Assembly (NCBI GenBank): GCA_036507195.1
Contig: DASXQM010000273.1
Span: 1,055-65,054 of the forward strand
From: Pyrinomonadaceae bacterium
Lineage (GTDB): Bacteria; Acidobacteriota; Blastocatellia; Pyrinomonadales; Pyrinomonadaceae
DNA: 64,000 nucleotides
Direction of reading: 5' to 3'
Under the pieces are notes generated by a model. The model did no database searches and had not been told where the DNA came from. It saw only the letters and a list, made by a program, of their open reading frames with translations. The position numbers were made by a program, and so were the translations under genes. This document shows, piece by piece, positions 39,173 through 46,967 of this stretch (its first letter is position 1; each line of letters begins with the position of its first letter).

Positions 39173-39224
39173 GTTTCGAGAGGGCACTTGTGCCCCACCG
39201 GGCGGACAAGTCCGCTCTCTAAAC
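39173..39224. repeat. double-hairpin REP-like element (GTTTCGAGA-GGGCACTTGTGCCC-n6-GCGGACAAGTCCGC-TCTCTAAAC)
   Basis: Read directly. Lies upstream of the A2M cluster. Confidence 0.85.
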
Positions 39225-39437
39225 GGCCGGGAAAAAACGATCAGGGCAGACTGAAAAACAACTGCCGTTTTGAGAGAGCACAGGCGCGGTAGCGACCGCC
39301 AAAACCCCCGGAAAAAGACTGTTGCAAAAACCGACAGGCGCGGTTAGATTGTTTGTAGACAATCAAAACCTCAGGCAGGGTCGCCGCGTGGGTTGGATGT
39401 ATCGCTGCCTCAATAAACTCTCTTTGGAGGTAAGGAA

Positions 39438-39623
39438 GTGCCGACTGGAACATGTCCCGAGTGTGATGCTGATGTCCATGTGGATACGGACACTGATAAA
39501 GGCGAAAGCGTTTCCTGTGAGGAATGCGGTACCGAACTTGAAGTAGTCGGACTCGATCCGGTAGAGCTGGACATCGTGGAAGAAGAAGACCTGGACGACG
39601 ACGAGGACGAAGACGAATTCTGA
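39438..39623 (+). CDS. LysW-like zinc-ribbon protein with acidic tail (amino-group carrier protein family-like)
   Basis: GTG start follows GGAGGTAAGGA. GTCPECDADV...GESVSCEECGTELEVVGLDPVELD matches the LysW/ArgW CPxC...CxxCG...LEVV pattern. The tail is EEEDLDDDEDEDEF. Confidence 0.7.
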   Translation: MPTGTCPECDADVHVDTDTDKGESVSCEECGTELEVVGLDPVELDIVEEEDLDDDEDEDEF

Positions 39624-39629
39624 AAGAAT

Positions 39630-39719
39630 ATTAGGCAGTAAGCAGAATGCAGTAGGCAGAAACCAGCTTCCTCAATCGGGATTAGTTTTCTGCCTACTGC
39701 ATTCTGCTTACTGCCTAAT
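39630..39719. terminator. perfect 33-bp inverted repeat with a 24-nt loop. Probable bidirectional terminator between convergent genes.
   Basis: attaggcagtaagcagaatgcagtaggcagaaa (39630-39662) pairs with its exact reverse complement (39687-39719). A T-run follows on both strands. The right arm overlaps the last 4 codons (stop included) of the VWA gene. Confidence 0.6.
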
Positions 39720-40760
39720 GTTTTTCCCGTCCGCCTGAAAACCCGGACGACTTTGCCGCAGAGTTAACCCGCCAGGGCCATCAACTCTAATATTGTGAAA
39801 CTGGCCATCACGGCGCTTCTGCTCCGGCGGATAAAAAGCCAGCACGTACGCCGAAGTAACCTCCTCAGCCAGCGCGCGAAATAACGCATCGTAGTTATTC
39901 TCGTCTGCGTAGACGCTTCTGCCGCCCGTTAAGTCGGCCAGTCCACTCACATCCAAAGGCGTCGGCAGAGGAGTTTGCGTTGAGGCAGGCAACATTCGTG
40001 AATAAGACGGCAGAGTCACCACGTATATGCTGGCGTCGGCGGCATTCGCTCGCTCGATGACTGTGCGTGCTGACACCGTGTCGCCAACAGGAAAACCATC
40101 AGTCACGACCAGCACCGCGCGTTTCATCAGACGCCGTTCGCGTGTGCGCGGAGCATGACGCACAAGCAGGCGAATGGCGTCGTCAACGGCATCGTAAGTG
40201 TGGGTTGAGAGTCCATTTGGCTCGCGCGCTATACGTTCAAAGGCGCGATCGAGTTTGTCTGCCGCGGAGGTAAACTTCTGCTGAACCTTTACGTTCATAC
40301 CGAAAGACATGACAGCGTACAGAGCAGGATGGTCGGCAAGCTTCGCCGAGAATGCGCTCAGCGCGCTTCTTAGACGCTCCATCTCCTCTGCCGTCATGCT
40401 TCCCGAAATGTCGAGTGCAAACACCACCGCTAAGGGACGAGGCTCACCGCTGCGTCGCTCGACCTGAAAAAACGAAAGCGGCTGCTCGATACCATCTACG
40501 TACAGCTTGAAATCTTCCTGCCTGAGACTTCGTATCGGACGGCCTTCAATATCATTGGCGACAACGTCCAGAGAAACCAGATCAGTATCGATCTTCACGA
40601 CATCGTCGGGCTCTTGCTCACTTCTCGGGAACACCTGCCGGGGGCGCTGTGCTTTGGGATTGGATTCCTGGGCCAGGCTCGACGGTAAAGTCGTCCCACC
40701 AAAAAGAGAGATGATAGTCAGGAAACCCATCAGTTTACTGGAGTACCGAATCTTAATCAT
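39708..40760 (-). CDS. secreted von Willebrand factor A (VWA) domain protein
   Basis: Signal peptide and MIDAS motif DISGSMT, within VWA-like alpha/beta sequence. Confidence 0.8.
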   Translation of the reverse strand: MIKIRYSSKLMGFLTIISLFGGTTLPSSLAQESNPKAQRPRQVFPRSEQEPDDVVKIDTDLVSLDVVANDIEGRPIRSLRQEDFKLYVDGIEQPLSFFQVERRSGEPRPLAVVFALDISGSMTAEEMERLRSALSAFSAKLADHPALYAVMSFGMNVKVQQKFTSAADKLDRAFERIAREPNGLSTHTYDAVDDAIRLLVRHAPRTRERRLMKRAVLVVTDGFPVGDTVSARTVIERANAADASIYVVTLPSYSRMLPASTQTPLPTPLDVSGLADLTGGRSVYADENNYDALFRALAEEVTSAYVLAFYPPEQKRRDGQFHNIRVDGPGGLTLRQSRPGFQADGKNIRQ

Positions 40761-40848
40761 TTGAAACTTATTACGGTCAGGGGAGAAGATTGCTCACGCG
40801 AATTATACCGAGCTAGCTTCAGGGTAGCCAACTTTATTCATCAACAAT

Positions 40849-41011
40849 CAGACCCCGGAGCGGTAGCGACGGTTAAGAGTTCCGAGTTCCGAGTTCCGAG
40901 TTTCGGTTTCCGAGTTTTATATTGAGGAACTTGGCGCAACAGAGCGTTTAACTCGGAACTCGAAACTCGGAACTCGAAACTCTTACCCGGTCGCTACCAA
41001 TCCCGGTTCTG
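40849..41011. mobile_element. MITE-like element with termini CAGACCCCGGAGCGGTAGCGAC / GGTCGCTACCAATCCCGGTTCTG and an internal gagttcc word palindrome
   Basis: The terminal inverted repeats match those of the tandem element at 54512-54775. The internal arms lie at 40877-40913 and 40950-40985. Confidence 0.65.
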
Positions 41012-41100
41012 ATGCGCAGGCAACAAGTGATGGACTTCTGAGCATCCCTTACCAGGCCTTGGTTCTGTCAGCAGGTTGCAACGGTGGTATCATATAAGAA

Positions 41101-41724
41101 ATGAAGCACATTAAGTCACTTTCCTTGTTCCTATGCGCGATCTTACTGACCGGAAGCACGTTTGCACAGGACCGCTCTACCGGCGGCATTAAGGGCAAAG
41201 TCAAAGTTGAGACTGGCACGCCAGGCGGAGTTTCAGTCATAGTCAGACAAGGGGAACGCGAAGTGGTCCGCGGTGTAACTAACAAGAACGGAGAATTTAC
41301 TATCTCGCATCTGGCGCCCGGCCGCTACGGCGTAACGCTTCGCAAGCCGGGACTCAGCATCGGGTCGATTGAAGACATCGAAGTCAAAGCCGGAAAAACC
41401 CGCTCACTAGGCGACCGCTTGGTACTCTCCATCGACGAAGGATCCATTGCCTTTATCAGGGGTAGTATCTTTAACCAGAACGATCGCAGCGTACCGAATG
41501 TTCGTATTGAGCTGGCGAAGATTGAAGATGATGGGACAGTGAGAAAGATAGACGGCCGCATCACCAACGAAATCGGGGCCTTCGTATTTCGTCTCTCACC
41601 TGACCCAGCTAAATATCGCATCACAGCAAAACCCAATGTTGGCGACCCAGTTACTAAGGATATCGAGATTGACGGTGCTGCTGTATACCGCATAGCCCTT
41701 TCCCTCAAGCCTCCAGTGAAATAA
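41101..41724 (+). CDS. secreted carboxypeptidase-regulatory-like domain protein (two CarboxypepD_reg-like repeats)
   Basis: Signal peptide. GIKGKVKVETGTP...NGEFTISHLAPGRYGVTL is repeated as GSIFNQNDRSVP...GAFVFRLSPDPAKYRITA. Confidence 0.7.
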   Translation: MKHIKSLSLFLCAILLTGSTFAQDRSTGGIKGKVKVETGTPGGVSVIVRQGEREVVRGVTNKNGEFTISHLAPGRYGVTLRKPGLSIGSIEDIEVKAGKTRSLGDRLVLSIDEGSIAFIRGSIFNQNDRSVPNVRIELAKIEDDGTVRKIDGRITNEIGAFVFRLSPDPAKYRITAKPNVGDPVTKDIEIDGAAVYRIALSLKPPVK

Positions 41725-41748
41725 CACGAAACCGGTTAAGTCTCGTTT

Positions 41749-41808
41749 GAGTTCAGATTTAGGTTTCCGTTTTTAGCGACGGCAAGCTAAAGCTTGGACT
41801 CTGAACTC
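41749..41808. repeat. degenerate double-hairpin REP-like element (GAGTTCAGA...gcaagctaaagcttg-GACTCTGAACTC)
   Basis: Shares gcaagctaaagcttgRactctRaac with the element at 10692-10755. Confidence 0.6.
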
Positions 41809-41869
41809 CAGGACTGTTTTATATTTGGATGAAGGTTTGCAGTTGCTATAGGATGAGACATCTTGAGCC

Positions 41870-42124
41870 ATGGAAGAGCGTGAAGAATTCCTTACTGCTC
41901 GCCAGCTTGCCAAGGTCTTGCAAGTTAGCGAGTCAACGGTGCGACGGCTTGCTCGCAAGCGGCGCATCCCGTCTGTTCGGGTCACACCACATATCATTCG
42001 TTTCCATCTCGACGCCGTGCGTGAAGCGCTGGATGTCCCGCGACATCGAATTCGTCACGGAGAATTCACCGAACCGGTTGACGATGCGCAGTTGTCGTTT
42101 GACGATCTGACGGCCTTAAGTTGA
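41870..42124 (+). CDS. excisionase-family / MerR-like helix-turn-helix DNA-binding protein
   Basis: LTARQLAKVLQVSESTVRRLARKRRIPSVRV is a typical HTH_17-type motif. Confidence 0.65.
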   Translation: MEEREEFLTARQLAKVLQVSESTVRRLARKRRIPSVRVTPHIIRFHLDAVREALDVPRHRIRHGEFTEPVDDAQLSFDDLTALS

Positions 42125-42182
42125 GTCAAGCTAATAGCAAACAGCAATCAGCGTTTCGTGGGAATTTACTCCAACCGGGTCG

Positions 42183-42737
42183 TTATTTTTGAAATTGACG
42201 CGGGTTGAATTCCACCCACTTGCTGTTCTGTTTCAGGTAGATTCGAGGTTGGCGAATAGGAAATTTCCGAGCAAACGTGGGATTCGCTTTTAGAAATCGC
42301 TGAATTGTTGCGCCATCGCCCGTAGCCACGCGCCACTTGCCGTCTTCGCGCACCAGATACTGTTGCACCGCTATCTTACCTTCAGCCTTGAGTGGTTGAG
42401 TGAGTCGCCCGTAAAGCTCAGTATCCGCCACGGCAACATTGCCCGATACGCGCACAGATCCGATATTGATACGATCCAGCACGTAGCGATCCTGGGCCCG
42501 CTTCAATGCGTTTACGAAACGCTCGCGCGACATGCGGTTCCGCGTTGAGGAGGGCAGAGACTCGTAGATCGTGGCGTAATCCCGCGACTGTAGCTGCTGA
42601 AACACCTGTTGCACGACTCCACGCACGTCAGTTTCTTCCGAGGCCCGAGCCACGCCCGTAGAAAGCCATAGCGTTCCGACTATCAGTAAGGCAATCGCCG
42701 GCATTTTAAACCCACTTGTCTTATTCATCTTCTGCAT
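42183..42737 (-). CDS. hypothetical secreted protein (NTF2-like fold plausible). Start uncertain (42737, 42728 or 42704).
   Basis: Signal peptide MPAIALLIVGTLWLSTGVARA. The upstream part of the track ORF overlaps the preceding gene. Confidence 0.45.
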   Translation of the reverse strand: MQKMNKTSGFKMPAIALLIVGTLWLSTGVARASEETDVRGVVQQVFQQLQSRDYATIYESLPSSTRNRMSRERFVNALKRAQDRYVLDRINIGSVRVSGNVAVADTELYGRLTQPLKAEGKIAVQQYLVREDGKWRVATGDGATIQRFLKANPTFARKFPIRQPRIYLKQNSKWVEFNPRQFQK

Positions 42738-42951
42738 CTTCACAACTTTCTTCTTCACCTTTAACACTGCTTTCCTGAAGGTTTGCCGCCGCAATGATTT
42801 CTTTCATCTGGGCGCGGTAGTTGAGAAACCATGCCACCAGGCCGAGCACAGCTATCACAAAAGCTACATCGAAATTCCGTCGCAAGAGGAAAAACGCCGC
42901 GACCATAATGCAAACACCAGCCAAAATCATCCAAAAAAGTTTCACGGGCAC
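42721..42951 (-). CDS. small two-TM membrane protein with acidic tail
   Basis: 76-aa ORF with two hydrophobic helices, co-directional within the operon. Confidence 0.45.
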   Translation of the reverse strand: MPVKLFWMILAGVCIMVAAFFLLRRNFDVAFVIAVLGLVAWFLNYRAQMKEIIAAANLQESSVKGEEESCEDAEDE

Positions 42952-42961
42952 TACGCAGCAC

Positions 42962-43498
42962 TCATTTAATGTTCACCGGAATCGCAAGTTCAAGCGTCCC
43001 CGGAGCGTAACAAACCTGTTCGTCGCACGCTTGGATGCGCAACCTGGCGGAAATGGATCGTTCCCCGGGTTTCGCTGAGTTCTCAGCTTTAAGTGTCGCC
43101 TTCAATTCAGTCTCGCCTTCGTAAACCCGGAGCGGTTTTTCAGCGAAGGCAAACTTCTTGCTGAGCGCTCGCGGATAAGTAACAAAGCCAACTGAAACCC
43201 CAGCAGCGGGTGAAATCTCCAGCTCGGTTGCTTTCAAATAAGGATAGGTTGGCGGGTTGGCGTTGACGTGGTAGCCGCTTTGGATTCTGATTCGAACAGC
43301 TGCTTCAACAGATCCGCCGGCCGGAATCTCGACAGGTTGTGCGTCAGCCTTTACTACCGATTCCGATGTGATCCTTTGAGCCGTGGGAGATTCAGTGGAC
43401 GCCGATTCAATAGCCGAATTCGGGACCGGTTTAGAACAAGCCGTGGTGACGAACAAAAGCAGCAAGCAGGCGATAGTGATGTGAGTAGATCGAGTCAT
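42962..43498 (-). CDS. lipoprotein with DsbD N-terminal-like (thiol:disulfide interchange) domain
   Basis: Lipobox-like TTAC. SGYHVNANPPTYPYLKATEL and a C-terminal IQACDEQVCYAPG pattern, as in DsbD_N-type domains. Confidence 0.6.
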   Translation of the reverse strand: MTRSTHITIACLLLLFVTTACSKPVPNSAIESASTESPTAQRITSESVVKADAQPVEIPAGGSVEAAVRIRIQSGYHVNANPPTYPYLKATELEISPAAGVSVGFVTYPRALSKKFAFAEKPLRVYEGETELKATLKAENSAKPGERSISARLRIQACDEQVCYAPGTLELAIPVNIK

Positions 43499-43599
43499 CT
43501 TTTGTCGGGGTCATTCTGGCTGTGAATCTGAAACGGCATCGGGTTTTGGCCCGGGATCAAATTGCATTTTCCTGGTTCGACGTAAGAAGTAGCGCGTGT

Positions 43600-44946
43600 T
43601 TAACCGGCCGCCTCTTTCTGCGTTTCCGGTTTCTTGATGCCAAACTTTTCCAGGCGATACTGCAAGGTGCGAAAGGTCAGACCGAGCAGCTTGGCGGATT
43701 TCGTGATGTTGTAGTCGGTCTGTTCCATCGCCTGCATGATTAGATCGCGTTCGACGTCTTCAAAACTGATGCCTTCCGGCGGTAGCTTAAACGCGCCTTC
43801 GGAGACGGGACGAGATTCCTGGCGCACTTCGAGCGGCAAATCTTCGATAGTTATCTGGTCGCCCTCGCAAAGAAGTATCGCTCGTTCGATGGCTGATTCG
43901 AGCTGGCGCACGTTGCCGGGCCAACTGTAGTCAACCATTAACTTGCGCGTTTCCGAAGTAAGCCCGCGCACCAGGCGCGATGTGTTGCGAGTGTGCTTCT
44001 TCACGAAGTAGTCGATAAGAACTGGAATATCTTCGCGCCGTTCCCGCAGAGGCGGAACGTCAACCGAGAGCACATTGATGCGGTAGTAGAGGTCATCGCG
44101 AAAGCGGCCGTCAGAAACCATGGCTCGGAGATCGCGGTTCGTAGCGGCGATTACGCGCACATCAACATTAATCTCGTGGGTGCCACCCACTCGACGAATC
44201 TTCCGCTCCTGCAAAGCGCGCAGGAGCTTGGCCTGCATGGCAACGTCAAGCTCGGCAATCTCGTCGAGGAATAGTGTGCCTCGATCCGCGATTTCAAAGA
44301 GTCCCTTCTTCTCTGCGTGCGCTCCGGTGAAGGAGCCCTTTTCATGACCGAAAAGCTCAGATTCGAGCAGGTTTTCGTTTATCGCGGCGCAGTTAACTGC
44401 CTGAAACATGTCTTGTGCGCGCGGCGACTGGTTGTGAATAGCACGTGCGATCAACTCCTTGCCGGTGCCGGATTCGCCACGAACCAGCACGGTCGAATTC
44501 GAGCGCGCCACCTTAAGAATCATCCGCTTGACCGACTCCATATTGGGTGAAGCCGAAACAATTTCCGTGTCGAGCTCGTCCAGCCGCTTCAATGCGCGAT
44601 TAATTGTTTCCAGTAGAGCCGTCTTGTCATATGGCTTTTCGAGATAATCAAAGGCGCCGCGGCGCAAGGCTTCTTTAGCCGACTCAATCGACCCATGTGC
44701 CGTGAGAAGAATGACGATTATCGAGGAATCGAGACCGAGCAAATGTTGCAGTAGTTCAATCCCGTTCATGCCGGTCATTTTCAGGTCGCTTAAGGCGAGA
44801 TCAAATCTGCGGTCTTTGGCAAACTTGATCGCAGCTTCGCCGGATGAGGCGGTGGTTACGTCATAACCTTCTCCGGAGAGAATCATCTCCAGGATTTCAC
44901 GTTGCGATTTTTCGTCGTCAACTACCAGTATGCTTTTGCGCGCCAT
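43600..44946 (-). CDS. sigma-54-dependent response regulator (NtrC family)
   Basis: REC domain (ILVVDDE...LALSDLKM), AAA+ domain with GESGTGKE and GSFTGA, and a C-terminal Fis-type HTH. Confidence 0.92.
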   Translation of the reverse strand: MARKSILVVDDEKSQREILEMILSGEGYDVTTASSGEAAIKFAKDRRFDLALSDLKMTGMNGIELLQHLLGLDSSIIVILLTAHGSIESAKEALRRGAFDYLEKPYDKTALLETINRALKRLDELDTEIVSASPNMESVKRMILKVARSNSTVLVRGESGTGKELIARAIHNQSPRAQDMFQAVNCAAINENLLESELFGHEKGSFTGAHAEKKGLFEIADRGTLFLDEIAELDVAMQAKLLRALQERKIRRVGGTHEINVDVRVIAATNRDLRAMVSDGRFRDDLYYRINVLSVDVPPLRERREDIPVLIDYFVKKHTRNTSRLVRGLTSETRKLMVDYSWPGNVRQLESAIERAILLCEGDQITIEDLPLEVRQESRPVSEGAFKLPPEGISFEDVERDLIMQAMEQTDYNITKSAKLLGLTFRTLQYRLEKFGIKKPETQKEAAG

Positions 44947-44952
44947 GTTGTT

Positions 44953-45038
44953 GAGGGATGAAGGATGAAGGACGAAGGATGAAATGACAACCGAACGATC
45001 GGAGTCTTTTTCATCCTTCCGCCTTCACCCTTCCGCCT
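44953..45038. repeat. word palindrome (gagggatgaaggatgaaggacgaaggatgaaa / tttttcatccttccgccttcacccttccgcc) in the kinase-regulator spacer
   Basis: Arms read directly. The right arm overlaps the last codons of the kinase ORF. Confidence 0.65.
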
Positions 45039-46560
45039 TTTCTCCCCTTCCTCCTTCTCGTTCCGTCGGCAGGATAATCGTAAACGTTGTGCCGCTCCCT
45101 TGTTTTGAACTAACGCTGATAGAGCCGCCATGATCATCGATTGCTTTTTTGACAATGGCAAGTCCGAGGCCGGTGCCCGTCTCTTTCGTTGAATAATAAG
45201 GCTCGAATATTTTGGCAATGTCCTCGGCAGCGATTCCTCTGCCGCTGTCTGTAATCTCAACCCGTACTCTGTTGGCGGCCTCAGCCGACAGCCTAATCCC
45301 AACGCTGCCGCCTCCGCCATCTATTGCCTCGAGGCTATTGATTAGAAGATTTGTGAAAACAGATCGCAAGGAATCCTTATCGGCGACAACCAGAGGCACC
45401 TTGCCCTGCTCCTCCAGACTCGTCTCAATGCCACTCTCCAGGGCCTGACCATTAATCACTCGCAAGGCGTCTTCCGCCTGCACGCGAAGATCAAGCGGCT
45501 CGAGCTCGAGTGCCGAGGGCCTCGAGTATTTTAGGAAATCGGTGATGTGGCGATTGATTCGTTGCACTTCCGACTTGAGTTGATCCGCCAGGCGTTCGAA
45601 AGTTTCGCGCTTGGCAGGGTCCTCTGGCGCGAAGGACGAGCGAAGGTGATCCAAAGTGAGATTGATGTAGTTTAGCGGGTTGCGTATTTCGTGGGCGATA
45701 GCGGCAGCCAGCCGTCCAACCACAGCAGCCTTTTCAACCTGATGGAGTTGCAACTCCAGTTCGCGCAAGCGTCCAACTCTTGCGATCATGTCATTGAATG
45801 CCGCAGACAGCGCGCCTATTTCATCGCGCCGGTCGGTGGGAACTCGAACCTCGAAGTCGCCGGTAGCGACGCGACGCGCTGCAACCGATAAGTCTTTGAT
45901 TGGCCGGGTAAACCGCCAGACAAACAATCCTGTGACCAGAGTGGTCCCGAGCAAGAGTGTCAACGTATAAAAGGCAGAGCGAGAAGTTTGGCGCTCGAGA
46001 ATATCCTGCACCGTGTTTGCCGAGCCCAGGACGACGATTACATACCAACGTCCTTCCTGGGTTTCCACGGGAAAATAGAATGCTCCCGGTTCTCCGGCTT
46101 GCGGAGCGCGCGACCCGTTCAACCACGCAGGTAGTTGCTGACTTTCGTCCGTTAGTTCAACGGCGTTGCGCAGGGGAGGCAAAGGGACAGCAGTGATTTT
46201 CGTATAACGAGGGCTCTTGTCAGGGTTCTGACCCGGCGCGTAGTCCTTACTAAGACTGTCCCGAACGTCTCCATTGCTATCTACCACAAGCACGTTACGG
46301 ACGCGCCCATTACGTTCATCCAGAAGTGGTTGGCGTACATTGCTCTTAATTTGATCGAGATACTTATTACTCGAAATACTATTCACGCCCAGTGCGACCC
46401 CCGCCATTATGGCTTGCTCCTGCTCAACCAGCATGTGGGCGTTCTGTCGAACCGAACGCAGGTTGACGTAATACTGGACACCGAGCGTTAGTCCCAAAAG
46501 CACCACCAGCAGCAGCACTAGTCGCGCGCGAAAGCTGTTAATGAGCTGGCGTATCCTCAT
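45025..46560 (-). CDS. sensor histidine kinase (TM, periplasmic domain, HAMP, HisKA, HATPase_c)
   Basis: H-box HEIRNPLN, N-box NLLINSLEA, G-boxes DSGRGI and GTGLGLAI. Confidence 0.9.
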   Translation of the reverse strand: MRIRQLINSFRARLVLLLVVLLGLTLGVQYYVNLRSVRQNAHMLVEQEQAIMAGVALGVNSISSNKYLDQIKSNVRQPLLDERNGRVRNVLVVDSNGDVRDSLSKDYAPGQNPDKSPRYTKITAVPLPPLRNAVELTDESQQLPAWLNGSRAPQAGEPGAFYFPVETQEGRWYVIVVLGSANTVQDILERQTSRSAFYTLTLLLGTTLVTGLFVWRFTRPIKDLSVAARRVATGDFEVRVPTDRRDEIGALSAAFNDMIARVGRLRELELQLHQVEKAAVVGRLAAAIAHEIRNPLNYINLTLDHLRSSFAPEDPAKRETFERLADQLKSEVQRINRHITDFLKYSRPSALELEPLDLRVQAEDALRVINGQALESGIETSLEEQGKVPLVVADKDSLRSVFTNLLINSLEAIDGGGGSVGIRLSAEAANRVRVEITDSGRGIAAEDIAKIFEPYYSTKETGTGLGLAIVKKAIDDHGGSISVSSKQGSGTTFTIILPTEREGGRGEKAEG

Positions 46561-46658
46561 GGCAATTTGACCGCGTCTTTCCTTGGGAACGTTGTCATTA
46601 TTGAACCTTTCCTTCCATTAACAGAGCACAATGCAGGGCTCGTTGTCACAAGTTGTGT

Positions 46659-46676
46659 ACAAAAGATCACTTTTGT
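46659..46676. promoter_or_regulatory. perfect 18-bp palindrome ACAAAAGATCACTTTTGT in a divergent promoter region (candidate operator)
   Basis: Read directly. Lies between the kinase operon and the PBP gene. No binding protein can be assigned. Confidence 0.2.
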
Positions 46677-46967
46677 GTTGCCGACGACGATTTCAGATGT
46701 TATAGTTGCCCCCGGTCTCGAATCAATGTCCCCAGGGACCGCCAGATTGGGAATTCTCCCGCCTCAACGTAGCAGGGCCGAAGGTCCATAACAAACTAGG
46801 AGTGTTATGAGAGCATTTGAATACTCTCAGGGCTACCAAGGTTAGCTTTTGCATTCAAGAACAGGCACTTCGCGAAAGCCTCTTCTATTGCGTTACGCGG
46901 CGCAGAATTTGTCGGCGAGGCTCACGCGGAGTGAGCAAACAACCCCTTAGAAAGGTACTAACCCCTG

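Noticed and set aside
41870-42124. Excisionase-like HTH gene, tail-fiber-domain gene and tRNA as signs of a prophage or integrative element
   Set aside because: The three lie up to 17 kb apart among housekeeping and envelope genes. No integrase, capsid or terminase genes and no att-like direct repeat of the tRNA 3' end were seen.
43499-43599. Search for sigma-54 promoters (TGGCAC-N5-TTGC) near the NtrC-type regulator, in 46561-46967 and elsewhere
   Set aside because: The only TGGCAC-like strings lie inside CDSs or have wrong GG-to-GC spacing. One example is AAGGTTAGCTTTTGCA at about 46840, which has 9 rather than 10 intervening nt. No call was made.
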